Assembly: GCA_963555995.3 (NCBI GenBank)
Contig: OY821641.1
Span: 64,001-128,000 of the forward strand
DNA: 64,000 nt
Reading direction: 5' to 3'
Origin: Vicinamibacteria bacterium
Lineage (GTDB): Bacteria > Acidobacteriota > Vicinamibacteria > Marinacidobacterales > Marinacidobacteraceae
Positions 50,790-59,983 of this stretch are shown here, one piece after another. The position numbers and the translations under genes were made by a program. How positions within the stretch are numbered: position 1 is the first letter of the stretch; each line of letters starts with the position of its first letter. The notes below the pieces were generated by a model that was not told the origin of the DNA, ran no database searches, and saw only the letters and a list, made by a program, of their open reading frames with translations.

Positions 50790-50906
50790 GGGGACAGTCC
50801 CAACAATTCGTCGGGTAGGTCCACGTCTGGCAGAAAATGCCGTGGGTGGGGATCATGCGCCGCGCCCGACCCTGCTCATTCTCCGGAATGCGTGCCGCAC
50901 CCTCGG

Positions 50907-51296
50907 CTACGACCTGCTGTGACGGCGCGGACGGGATTGGGCGCGGTGGTGGATGTAGAGCTTCTCTGCGATCCGGGACAGGTACTCGTCACGCTCCTCG
51001 TCGCTGTCGAAGCACGGGACGGCGTCGTCGTCGAAATCGTGCTCGAAGACGGTCACGGCGCGACTGAAGTCGCCGTCCGGCAGGTAGTCCGCCCGCAGCT
51101 CGCCGTGGCGCAGTCGCACGTAGCCTCGATTTTCGGCATCGTCGAGGTCCACCATGTACTGCTCGGGGCCGATGGAGGTGATGAGCCGGAACACCGCTCC
51201 CCCGAACGTCACGGCAGAGTGCTCGGCCGCCAATCGTTCGGTGAAGAACGTCGGAAGTCCCACTGGGGTGTCGGGTAGGGGTTTGTCAGGACACAT
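50907..51296 (-). CDS. Acidic hypothetical protein (129 aa)
   Basis: Protein-like composition, GAAGGTGA RBS, and a TATAAC -10 candidate at 51324-51329. Confidence 0.6.
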   Translation of the reverse strand: MCPDKPLPDTPVGLPTFFTERLAAEHSAVTFGGAVFRLITSIGPEQYMVDLDDAENRGYVRLRHGELRADYLPDGDFSRAVTVFEHDFDDDAVPCFDSDEERDEYLSRIAEKLYIHHRAQSRPRRHSRS

Positions 51297-51405
51297 CGGT
51301 CGGTCACCTTCAGGGGGCGGCGGGTTATAGCGCACGGGAAGATCCGCAGGGTTTGCCGTGAGAACGCTGTCCCGCGGGTCGGCCGCCAGCAGGTGATGAC
51401 GCCGC

Positions 51406-51582
51406 CGGCTTGGAACGCTGACCTGGCTCGCCCGAGACGGGTAGCGGCACGTCGTCCGCGTGCCTTCGGCGCGCTGTGCCGGCTGAAGCCGGCGTTCCAA
51501 GCCGTACGTGCCTTCTCGCCGGGCGGCGCCGCGCGCTCTGCGGCCCTGCGGGCCGCGTGCCGACCTGAAGGTCGGCGCTCCC
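51406..51582. repeat. REP cluster
   Basis: Degenerate plus-strand copy at about 51410. Minus-strand copies at 51476-51500 and 51557-51582. Confidence 0.8.
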
Positions 51583-51626
51583 TTCCGGTAGCGCCGCTCG
51601 GTCGGTGGAGGGGCAGGCCGTAGGCT

Positions 51627-53039
51627 TTGCGGATGGACGCGGCGGGGACCGAGCGTACCGACGAGGGTGGTCGGGGGCTGGACATCTACATTGTCCTGTC
51701 GGTGCTGATCGGGGTCGCGGCGCTCCTTACCTGGGTCATTCCGGCGGGTCGGTACGAGCGGACGGTGCTGCCGGATGGGCGGGAGGCGGTGGTGCCGGGG
51801 TCGTACCAGGTCATCGAGCGGTCGCCGGCGGGGTTCTGGGAGGTGGTGACCGCGATTCCGGACGGGTTGACCGACGCGGCGAGCGTGGTGTTCCTCGTGT
51901 TCCTGTGCGCGGGCTCGGTGGGGGTGATGCGCCGGGCCGGGATCCTGGACCTCGGGGTGAACCGGCTGACGGCGGCCACCGGGCGGCGGGTCGAACTGCT
52001 GATCCCGGCGCTCATGTTCGGCTTCGCGGCGGTCTCGGGCGTGGTGGGGATGCCGGAGCTCTCCATTGCCTACCTGCCGATCGTGACCCCGATGCTCGGA
52101 CGGCTGGGCTGCGGGCGAACGACGGCGACCGCGGTCGCGCTGCTCCCCACGACCCTCGGCGCGGCGTTCGGGGTGACGGTGCCGGCGACCGTGGGCATCG
52201 GGCACCTGCTGGCGGGGCTGCCGATGTTTTCGGGGGCCTCCTACCGGTTCGTCTTCTTCCTGATCGTGCAGGCTGCGGCGGCCGTCTTCGTGGTGCGGCG
52301 GGCGCGGCGGGAGATCGCCCGGCGCCACGAGCCCCGCGACCCGCAGGAGACCATCCCCGCTTCGTCCGGCGAAACCGAGCCGGCCGCCTTCCGGGGGCGC
52401 CAGAAGGCGGCGGGCGTGGTGGCGCTCGGGCTGTTCGTCGTGTTCGTGGTTTTGGTCCTGACGCTCGGGCTCGGGTTCGAGGAAATCGGCGGCGCCTTCG
52501 TCGCGATGGCCGTCGTCGTTTCGCTGGTGGCGGGGCGGGGGTTGAACCAGATCTGCACGGATTTCAACGACGCGTTCCGGGAGATCCTGGTCGGCGCCCT
52601 GGTCTGCGGGGTGGCCCGCGGGGTGTCGGTGGTGATGACCGAGGGGATGGTCATGGACACCGTGGTGTACGGCGCGGCGCTGCTCGTCTCCTCGCTGCCG
52701 CCCGCGCTTACCGCCGTGGGGGTGCTGTTCGGGCAGACGGTCTTCAACTTCCTCGTCCCCTCCGGGAGCGGACAGGCGCTCATCACGCTGCCCATCCTGG
52801 TGCCGGTGGCCGACCTCGCGGGGGTCACCCGGCAGGTGGTGGTGCTCGCCACCCAGTGGGGCGACGGCATCACGAACGTGATCTTCCCGACGTCCGGGTA
52901 CTTCATGGCGACGCTCGTGATGGCGCGCGTCGGACTCCTGCAGTGGATCCGCTACTACCTGCCGCTCTTCGGGATCATCCTGCTGGTCGCGACGAGCGGG
53001 CTCGTCGTCGCCCAGCACATAGAGCTCGGCCCGTTCTGA
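51627..53039 (+). CDS. YfcC/DcuC-like membrane transporter
   Basis: LTWVIPAGRYER, FLVPSGSGQA, GDGITN..FPTSG. Confidence 0.88.
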   Translation: MRMDAAGTERTDEGGRGLDIYIVLSVLIGVAALLTWVIPAGRYERTVLPDGREAVVPGSYQVIERSPAGFWEVVTAIPDGLTDAASVVFLVFLCAGSVGVMRRAGILDLGVNRLTAATGRRVELLIPALMFGFAAVSGVVGMPELSIAYLPIVTPMLGRLGCGRTTATAVALLPTTLGAAFGVTVPATVGIGHLLAGLPMFSGASYRFVFFLIVQAAAAVFVVRRARREIARRHEPRDPQETIPASSGETEPAAFRGRQKAAGVVALGLFVVFVVLVLTLGLGFEEIGGAFVAMAVVVSLVAGRGLNQICTDFNDAFREILVGALVCGVARGVSVVMTEGMVMDTVVYGAALLVSSLPPALTAVGVLFGQTVFNFLVPSGSGQALITLPILVPVADLAGVTRQVVVLATQWGDGITNVIFPTSGYFMATLVMARVGLLQWIRYYLPLFGIILLVATSGLVVAQHIELGPF

Positions 53040-53046
53040 GGTCACC

Positions 53047-53538
53047 ATGCGCATCGTCAAGCTTCCCGTCGAGCCCATGACGGCCGAGTCCTTCGCCCCC
53101 TACGGCGAGGTCATCGAGGCGCGGGAACGGCCGGCCGACGGCCGCCGGTTCTTTCCGATTGATTTCCGGATCGCCGGCCGGACCACGATGGACGTCATCT
53201 GGCAACCGGTCGGGGGAAAGCGGTTCCGGATGCTGGAGCGCCACTTTGCGGTCACTCAGGCCTTCATTCCGCTCGAGGGTGCGCCCGCGGTGGTGGCGGT
53301 GGCCCCGCCCACCGATCTCGACGATGCCGAGGCCGTGCCGAAGCCGGAGGAGGTGCGCGCCTTCCTGATTGATCCGGGGAAGGGGTACGCCTACCGGACC
53401 GGAACCTGGCATTCGCTCGACCGCTTTCTGCTAGGGCCGCCGGGCGCCAGCTTCGTGATCCTGAACGTGGACCCGAATCCGACGCAGTTCGTGGACTACG
53501 GCGAGCGGTTCGGGGTGGAGTTCGAGGTGGACGCGTAG
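53047..53538 (+). CDS. Ureidoglycolate lyase-family protein
   Basis: FAPYGEVI, LERH...TQAFIPL, G..Y..GTWH. Confidence 0.82.
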   Translation: MRIVKLPVEPMTAESFAPYGEVIEARERPADGRRFFPIDFRIAGRTTMDVIWQPVGGKRFRMLERHFAVTQAFIPLEGAPAVVAVAPPTDLDDAEAVPKPEEVRAFLIDPGKGYAYRTGTWHSLDRFLLGPPGASFVILNVDPNPTQFVDYGERFGVEFEVDA

Positions 53539-53599
53539 GGAGGCTCGAGGACCGAAGGACTGCGGCAGTGGAACGCCTGCTTGCTGCCAATCGTGGTGC

Positions 53600-53750
53600 T
53601 ACGATGGTGAGCAAGGAGCACGTCGCTATCGCCCGCGGTATGTGCCCAGGGTGCCTGGCTCCCCAAATGGAAAGGCGATCCGGCTTGCCGGAGGCGGAGG
53701 GTTCTCGACCTTCGCCCGTGGTCCCGCGGGGCTACCAGGCGCAGCCCCAT
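53600..53750 (-). ncRNA. Putative structured RNA directly 3' of the nuclease gene
   Basis: Several nested stems and a loop-to-downstream complementarity (see findings). No family recognised. Confidence 0.35.
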
Positions 53751-53754
53751 CCGG

Positions 53755-54300
53755 TCATTCGGGGCCGCGGAATACGGTCATCGCCTCGGCCCGCAGCCTC
53801 TCGACATACTGTTCGCTGACCTCGTAGAAGGTCTTCAGGGTCAGACGCGCTCCGTCGGGGCTCCGCCGCACAACGGCGTCAAACAGTCTTCCGTCCACCT
53901 CGCCGACCAGGTTCAGGCGTCGCTCCATTTCGGCCTCTGACACCGGTTGGGCGGGCATGCGGCGTATCACCTCCCGCGGCGCGGCCAACACTTCCGACGC
54001 ACGTAGCAGGTCGCGTTTCTGGAGGCCATGCTTCCGGATCAGTTTGCGCGCCGTGCCCGCATCAAGACGCACCAGGTCGGTCTCTACGCCCATCCAGTGC
54101 TGAACGGCGGGATCCAGCACCCCCACGACGAGGCGCCCCTGCGGGTTGGCCAGAAATCCATCAACGATCGGACTCCGCAGCATGGCGCGCAGCGCGGCGT
54201 CCCGTCGCGCGTCGCGCGGCGCTGCGGGCGCGGCCGCCCGGCGCTCCTCCCGCGGTCCCGCGCGCCCGACGGTGGAGGATCGGCGCGTGCGCCGGGTCAC
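53755..54300 (-). CDS. Stand-alone PBECR-like (MuF C-terminal toxin-type) nuclease domain
   Basis: F..NPQG...VGVL...VRL...T..K...KH...VVRR..DG....LKTFY pattern. May start at ATG 54183. Confidence 0.55.
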   Translation of the reverse strand: MTRRTRRSSTVGRAGPREERRAAAPAAPRDARRDAALRAMLRSPIVDGFLANPQGRLVVGVLDPAVQHWMGVETDLVRLDAGTARKLIRKHGLQKRDLLRASEVLAAPREVIRRMPAQPVSEAEMERRLNLVGEVDGRLFDAVVRRSPDGARLTLKTFYEVSEQYVERLRAEAMTVFRGPE

Positions 54301-54845
54301 CGGAGGAGGCGGCGTTCGGCGACGAGGGCGTCGAGTTCCCGGCGGAGTTCTTCCTGTTCGGCGCGGAGACGGCTCGCGTCCAGGGGGCTCCGGAGGCGGT
54401 TCGGGTTGCGTTGTGCGAAGGGCAGGCCGCTGGCCCCGATGGCGGTCAGCGACGCCTCGATGTCCAGCAGGCGCTCGAGGATCTCCGGCACCCGTTCGCC
54501 GATCTCCAGGAGGCGCGCGTCCATCGCGGCCCGCGATTCTGCGGGGGCGATGTCAACGGTGTCGTCGCCGGGTTCGACGTCCCGCGCCTCCGCCTCGGCA
54601 ACGGGAGGCTCCTCGTCGTTCGCCGGCCGCGGCGGTTCGGTGATGCCGCGCCGGTAGCCGCCGGCGAGGTCGGCATCGGTGAAGCGGGGCGCCGGGCCGT
54701 GCTGCTCCCGGCTTGCCGCGACGCGGGCTCGGTTTCGCCGGGCCGCCTCCGCAAGCGACGGTTGGTCCTGCTGCGCGGACGGTGGGGGAGCGGCGCTCCC
54801 GGCGGTTGCGGTCAGCCCGAAGGCAAAAGCAGCGGCCGCAACCAC
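54297..54845 (-). CDS. Secreted hypothetical protein
   Basis: Signal-like N-terminus, SLAEAARR...FTDADL motif, coiled-coil tail. Start uncertain. Confidence 0.6.
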   Translation of the reverse strand: MVAAAAFAFGLTATAGSAAPPPSAQQDQPSLAEAARRNRARVAASREQHGPAPRFTDADLAGGYRRGITEPPRPANDEEPPVAEAEARDVEPGDDTVDIAPAESRAAMDARLLEIGERVPEILERLLDIEASLTAIGASGLPFAQRNPNRLRSPLDASRLRAEQEELRRELDALVAERRLLR

Positions 54846-54855
54846 TGCGAGCGAT

Positions 54856-56076
54856 TCAGGTCTTGACCGGATTGCCGAAGCGGTCGCGCAGGACGTACGG
54901 CGGCAGGCGGTATTCCTCGCGGAACATCTGGGTGCGGACGGAACCCGTGACATGGGACGCGATGTCTCTCCCGGTGAGCAGATAGACGACAGTGGGGCAA
55001 AGGTCGCGCCGCATCACCTGCTCGGGGAACACCGCGCCCTGCCGGAAGTCGGGGCCGACCCCGAGCGTCCAGACGTTGTGGGCGTAGTAGTTCCCCTGCG
55101 AGTGATGGAGCTGTCCGTACACGTTGACCTCGTCATCGCGCCCGCATTCGGGGCGCAGCAGGATCGAGGTGGTGTCACGCAGGTACGGATCGTTCTGGAT
55201 GAAATCGTGGAGGTTGCCGATGAGCTCGTCGGTGGCCGCGATGTGCCGCCGGTACTGCTCGTAGTCGGTGTCGTAGTCCCAGAAGCCGGCGTCGGCGTGG
55301 GCGTCGTCGAGCGCGAGCATCTGGATGGTGATCAGCTTCGGCCGGAAGTCCCGGAGAAGCTGCTTCGCGATCTCGAAGCACTGCCCGTCGCCGAGCGGCA
55401 CCTCCCGGTCCACCAGCGAGGTCTTCGTGGACGCGGGTACGTCGGTCCGGCGGGACACGGCGTCGGCGAGCCAGTCCTCGAGGTCCTTCCGGGTCCGCCG
55501 GGTGTGGCCGAGTCCCGGTTCGATGTTGGCTTGCACCAGTTCCGCCGCCGACCGCGCCTGGTCGTCGTGGAACAGCTTGTTCATGGTCAGCGAGTTGGCG
55601 CCGAACTGCAGTCCCCCGTCCGGGTGGGCGCTCCAGTGCTTCCGGTCGAAGACCCAGGAGCGGTAGTAGCTGACTCCCTGGAGCATCCAGTAGTCGTTCA
55701 CCGAACCGCCGAGCTCCTTGCGGACGGTCTCGGTCCAGGTCGGATAGAGCGGATGCTCCGAGACCGTTTCCCGGCCGGTCAGCATCTCGGTGTACATGTA
55801 GCCGTGGAGGTTCGCGGTCTCCCCGAAGTCCTCGGTGAAGACGCTCCCCGCGTCCATCATCCGCGCCATGTGCGGCGCGTGCGCCCGGTCCTCGACGGTG
55901 TCCTTCTTCCGGCAGCCGTTGCCGTAGAGGATGACGACCAGGTGCTTCGTCTTGAGGCTCGCGTCGGGAACGACGGCGGCGCGTTCCGGGGTTGCGGCCA
56001 GCAGCCGATCCGCGCTGCCGAGGCCGAGGGCCGCGGCGCCGGCGGCGCCGAGAAAGTGGCGGCGGTTCATGCTCAT
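54856..56076 (-). CDS. Tat-exported alkaline-phosphatase/sulfatase-superfamily-like protein
   Basis: MNRRHFL Tat motif, D..H (DDAHAD), TDELIG, PECGRD, HH. Confidence 0.65.
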   Translation of the reverse strand: MSMNRRHFLGAAGAAALGLGSADRLLAATPERAAVVPDASLKTKHLVVILYGNGCRKKDTVEDRAHAPHMARMMDAGSVFTEDFGETANLHGYMYTEMLTGRETVSEHPLYPTWTETVRKELGGSVNDYWMLQGVSYYRSWVFDRKHWSAHPDGGLQFGANSLTMNKLFHDDQARSAAELVQANIEPGLGHTRRTRKDLEDWLADAVSRRTDVPASTKTSLVDREVPLGDGQCFEIAKQLLRDFRPKLITIQMLALDDAHADAGFWDYDTDYEQYRRHIAATDELIGNLHDFIQNDPYLRDTTSILLRPECGRDDEVNVYGQLHHSQGNYYAHNVWTLGVGPDFRQGAVFPEQVMRRDLCPTVVYLLTGRDIASHVTGSVRTQMFREEYRLPPYVLRDRFGNPVKT

Positions 56077-57521
56077 TGTCGAGTCTTCTCCGATGCGGTC
56101 GCTTTCGCTTCGGGGAGAAAAACCACTTCGAGGCCGCGGACCTCCTCGTCCCGTACCGGATTCAGGTTCAGGTAATTCCGGGCCCGATCGGAGAGGTTCA
56201 CCCGGGACACCGTATAGACGCCGCGCTCCTGCCACTCCTCGATCTTCAGGGCGCCCCGGAAGACGTTGGGCTGCGGCACCAGCGAGGGCCGGTTCAGCGG
56301 GGGGTTCCGGCTCTCGAGTTCCACCCGGACGAGATCGGCGCCGCTCGGGCTCTGGAAGGAAACGTACACCTTGTCCACGCCGCTCAGGTTGTCCTCCACG
56401 AGCGCCGCGACGGGAATGGACTCGCTCGCCAGCGCCTCCCGCTGCGGCAGTTCCACCGCGAGCAGCACCGGCGCCTCGTCGTCGCGCATTTCGGGATTCT
56501 CGTGAACCAGAACACTCAGGTCGGCGAGCACCGGTGCGGTGGCGGCGAAGATCAGGGCGCTGTTCCGCGCCGCGTCGTAGAGCTCGACCTTCTGGACCCG
56601 CCAGAGGCCGCCCTCGTACCACTCGGGAATCGAGAAGGCCCCGAGGAAACGTCCCGGCCGCCGCGCGTCGCCGATCAGGTCCGCCCGCACGGCGCGCCTC
56701 CCCGAGGGGCTCGTGAAGACCGCCCGCGCCTGGGTCGGGCCGGCGAGGTTGTCCTCCGCGAAGGCCTCCACCCGGATCGTCTCTCCGACGCCCACTTCGG
56801 GGGTGAGGATCTCGAGCGAGCGGAGTGTCGGCGGGGTCACGTCCGCCTCCGGGTTCTCCGAGACGACGAAATAGGCCGGGCTGCCGTCCGGCGCCCGCAT
56901 CACCGGGTTGAACTCGGTGGAATACGCCTTCTTGCGCCCGTGCTCGTCGGTGATCATGGTCGAGCCGACGTTGTAGCGGCCGCCGGGGTGGTGGCGGTCC
57001 ACCTTGCCGCGCCCGAGGTAGAGGTAGAGGTCCTTCTCGTGGGGCTTGAAGTTCACGTAGATGACCGAGGCCCGGCCGTACTCCTGGCTCCAGAACTCGG
57101 CGACGAAACGCCGCCCCTTCTCGAAGGCGGGCTCCACTTTCGCGATCGCCCGCACGGTGTCCCCGGGGTCCACCGCCACGTCAATGACCCGGAACTCCGT
57201 CAGGGCGGTCGAACGATGGTCCCCGCTCAGCTCCCCCTGCGCCGTCTGGGCGCCGCGCCGGCGGTACTGGAAGACCTCGGGGACGTAGTCCTCGTCGGCG
57301 ACCCCGAGCTGGCCGGTGACGTCGGCGCTCGCGGGTTCGGTGCCCATCGTGACGTCCTCGACGATCTCGAAGGGGTACTCGGCAGCCTTCGCGCGCTGAT
57401 CCTGCTCGTCCTCGCGCGGCTGGTCCTCACGCGGTTGGGCGAGCGCCACCGGCGCACCGAGCAACGCGGCGAACACCACGGGGCGCACCGTCATCAAGGG
57501 GATACCGAGCCGATTCGCCAA
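56073..57521 (-). CDS. Secreted protein with two tandem Ig-like repeats
   Basis: Signal peptide and a duplicated D..P.L...EDNL.G...F.SPSG...F.G...W...G...D.ARN unit. Confidence 0.7.
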   Translation of the reverse strand: MANRLGIPLMTVRPVVFAALLGAPVALAQPREDQPREDEQDQRAKAAEYPFEIVEDVTMGTEPASADVTGQLGVADEDYVPEVFQYRRRGAQTAQGELSGDHRSTALTEFRVIDVAVDPGDTVRAIAKVEPAFEKGRRFVAEFWSQEYGRASVIYVNFKPHEKDLYLYLGRGKVDRHHPGGRYNVGSTMITDEHGRKKAYSTEFNPVMRAPDGSPAYFVVSENPEADVTPPTLRSLEILTPEVGVGETIRVEAFAEDNLAGPTQARAVFTSPSGRRAVRADLIGDARRPGRFLGAFSIPEWYEGGLWRVQKVELYDAARNSALIFAATAPVLADLSVLVHENPEMRDDEAPVLLAVELPQREALASESIPVAALVEDNLSGVDKVYVSFQSPSGADLVRVELESRNPPLNRPSLVPQPNVFRGALKIEEWQERGVYTVSRVNLSDRARNYLNLNPVRDEEVRGLEVVFLPEAKATASEKTRQ

Positions 57522-57604
57522 TATATCATCCGCCCCCCGGCGCCCGGACTCACTCCGGAAGCGGCCGATTCTCCCGGCGCCACCCTGTCCAAGGACTGCT
57601 GCAC

Positions 57605-58912
57605 ATGCCTCTTTTTGCCCGGCGTTTCGGCCACATGGGGACCGAGAACGCGTTCAAGATCGGAGAAGACATGGCCCGCGCCCGGGCGCGCGGCGTGGAC
57701 GTCATTCCGTTCACCATCGGCGAGCCCGACTTCGACAGCGCACCGCACATCAACGAGGCGGGGATCGCCGCCATCCGCGCCGGGGACACCCACTACACGG
57801 ACCCGGCCGGGATTGCCCCGCTCCGGGAAGCGCTCGCCGCCTACGTGACCCGGACACGGGGGATCGAGGTTGCGGCGGACCGGGTCATCATCCTCCCGGG
57901 GGCCAAGCCGGCGATCGGCTACACGATGATGGCCTACGTGGACCCCGGCGACGAGGTGATCTACCCGAGCCCCGGGTTCCCGATCTACGAGTCGTGGGTG
58001 ACCTATCTCGGGGGCGTGCCGAAGCCGCTCGTGCTGCGGGAGGAGCGGGGCTTTTCCTTCACGGTGGACGACCTCGACCGGCTGCTCACCGAGCGGACGA
58101 AGGTCCTGATGCTCTGCTCGCCCTCGAACCCGACCGGCGGCGTGCTTCCCAAGAGCCTCCTCGAGGAGGTCGCCGCGCTGGTGAAGGAGCGGGGCCGCCC
58201 GGACATCCGCATCTACTCGGACGAGATCTACGAGCACATCACCTTCGACGGGTTCGAGCACACCTCGATGGCCTCCCTGCCGGGCATGGACCGCCACACG
58301 ATCATCGCGAGCGGGCACTCCAAGGGGTACGCCATGACCGGCTGGCGGCTCGGCTGGTGCGTGCTGCCCACCGCGGAGGAGGCCCTCCGGTTCAAGCAGA
58401 TCAACATCAACACGGTGAGCTGCGTTCCTCCCTTCATCCAGCAGGCCGCCCGCGAAGCGCTGGAGAACCCGAAGACCTGGGAGGTGGTGGGCTCGATGGT
58501 GGCCGAGTTCAAGCGGCGGCGCGATACCGTGGTACCGGCGCTGAACGCGATCCCCGGGATCACCTGCGCGAATCCGCTCGGGGCCTTCTACGTGTTCCCG
58601 AACATCACGGGGGTGTGCGAGTCCCTCGGGGCCACGGCGCACTTCGGGTCCCTGCCGGACACCCTGAAGGCGAGCACCAGCCCGGCGACCCTGGTCTCCC
58701 GGTTCCTCCTCTACTACCACGGGGTCGCCCTGGTGGACCGCCGCAGCTTCGGCGTGATCGGCAGCGAGGGACAGAACTTCCTGCGCCTCTCCTACGCGGC
58801 GGACATGGATTCCATCCGCGAGGGCATCCGGCGGATCGCCGCCGGGGTGGCCGACCACGACGGGTTCGCCCGCTTCCTCAACGATCAAACAGCCCTGGGA
58901 CTTGCCGCATGA
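57605..58912 (+). CDS. Class I/II aminotransferase (AspB-like)
   Basis: IGEPDF, SPSNPTG, SDEIY, SKGYAMTGWRLG, GAFYVFP. Confidence 0.92.
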   Translation: MPLFARRFGHMGTENAFKIGEDMARARARGVDVIPFTIGEPDFDSAPHINEAGIAAIRAGDTHYTDPAGIAPLREALAAYVTRTRGIEVAADRVIILPGAKPAIGYTMMAYVDPGDEVIYPSPGFPIYESWVTYLGGVPKPLVLREERGFSFTVDDLDRLLTERTKVLMLCSPSNPTGGVLPKSLLEEVAALVKERGRPDIRIYSDEIYEHITFDGFEHTSMASLPGMDRHTIIASGHSKGYAMTGWRLGWCVLPTAEEALRFKQININTVSCVPPFIQQAAREALENPKTWEVVGSMVAEFKRRRDTVVPALNAIPGITCANPLGAFYVFPNITGVCESLGATAHFGSLPDTLKASTSPATLVSRFLLYYHGVALVDRRSFGVIGSEGQNFLRLSYAADMDSIREGIRRIAAGVADHDGFARFLNDQTALGLAA

Positions 58913-59931
58913 GCCGCATCTTCGTGACCCGACCCATCCCCGAAGCCGGCCTCGCCATCCTGCGCGCCGCGGCCGAGGTGGAGGTGGCCCCCACCGCCGA
59001 CGGCGATTCGACCCCCCGGGACCAGGTCCTCGCCGGCGCCCGGAGCGCCGACGTGCACGTCTCGCTGCTGACCGAGGCGGTGGACCGGGAACTCATGGAA
59101 TCCGCGCCGCAGTTGCTCGGGGTCGCCAACTACGCCGTGGGCTTCAACAACGTGGACGTGGCGGCGGCGACCGAACTCGGAGTCCCGGTCACCAACACGC
59201 CCGGCGTCCTCACCGACACGACCGCGGACCTGGCGTGGACCCTGCTGATGTCGGTCGCGCGCCGGGTGGTTCCGGCGGACGCCTACATGCGGGGCGGCCG
59301 GTACCGGATCTGGGGGCCGTCGCTGATGCTGGGCGCCGACATCAGCCCCGGCGGCGACGAGCGCCGGAAGGTGCTCGGGGTCGTGGGGTTCGGCCGCATC
59401 GGCCAGGCGATGCACCGGCGCGCCCAGGGGTTCGACATGGACGTGCTGGCGTTCGATCCGCCGATGAAGGCGATCATCGAGGCCCGCTCCGACGTGGAGT
59501 ACGCCGAGTTCGACGACCTGCTCGCCCGCAGCGACTTCGTCACGATCCACACCGACCTCAATCCCTCGACGCATCACCTCTTCGACGCGGCGGCGTTCGC
59601 CCGGATGAAGAAGAGCGCGATCCTCATCAACAGCGCGCGCGGCCCCGTGGTCCATGAAGCGGCCCTCGTTGATGCCCTCAAGTCCGGCGAGATCGGCGGG
59701 GCGGGACTCGACGTCTTCGAGCACGAGCCGGCGTTCCACCCGGGACTCGCCGAGTGCGACAACGTGGTGATGCTCCCGCACATCGCGAGCGGGAGCGTGG
59801 CGACCCGGGACCGCATGGCCACCATGTGCGCCGAGAACGCGGTGGCCCACCTGAACCGGGAGCGCGCGCCGAACTGCGTGAACCCGGAGGTCTACGAGAC
59901 CGAGGCGTACCGGCGGCGAACTTCCCGCTGA
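58909..59931 (+). CDS. Glyoxylate reductase / D-glycerate dehydrogenase
   Basis: AVGFNNVD, NTPGVLT, GFGRIG, NSARG, LDVFEHEP, PHIAS. Confidence 0.92.
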   Translation: MSRIFVTRPIPEAGLAILRAAAEVEVAPTADGDSTPRDQVLAGARSADVHVSLLTEAVDRELMESAPQLLGVANYAVGFNNVDVAAATELGVPVTNTPGVLTDTTADLAWTLLMSVARRVVPADAYMRGGRYRIWGPSLMLGADISPGGDERRKVLGVVGFGRIGQAMHRRAQGFDMDVLAFDPPMKAIIEARSDVEYAEFDDLLARSDFVTIHTDLNPSTHHLFDAAAFARMKKSAILINSARGPVVHEAALVDALKSGEIGGAGLDVFEHEPAFHPGLAECDNVVMLPHIASGSVATRDRMATMCAENAVAHLNRERAPNCVNPEVYETEAYRRRTSR

Positions 59932-59983
59932 CCGCCCGGCGCCCCTTCGCCGCCATCGCCGCACGGATGCCTGAGGCCGGGGG

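Noticed and set aside
50215-50856. 213-aa and 158-aa ORFs across the tandem array
   Set aside because: The 31-33 bp period shifts frame between units, so the peptides are repeat translations. Only the first ~21 codons look protein-like.
53728-53748. GGGGCTG start suggesting tmRNA, tRNA or SRP RNA
   Set aside because: No T-loop/acceptor stem with CCA, tag frame or SRP helix-8 motif could be found.
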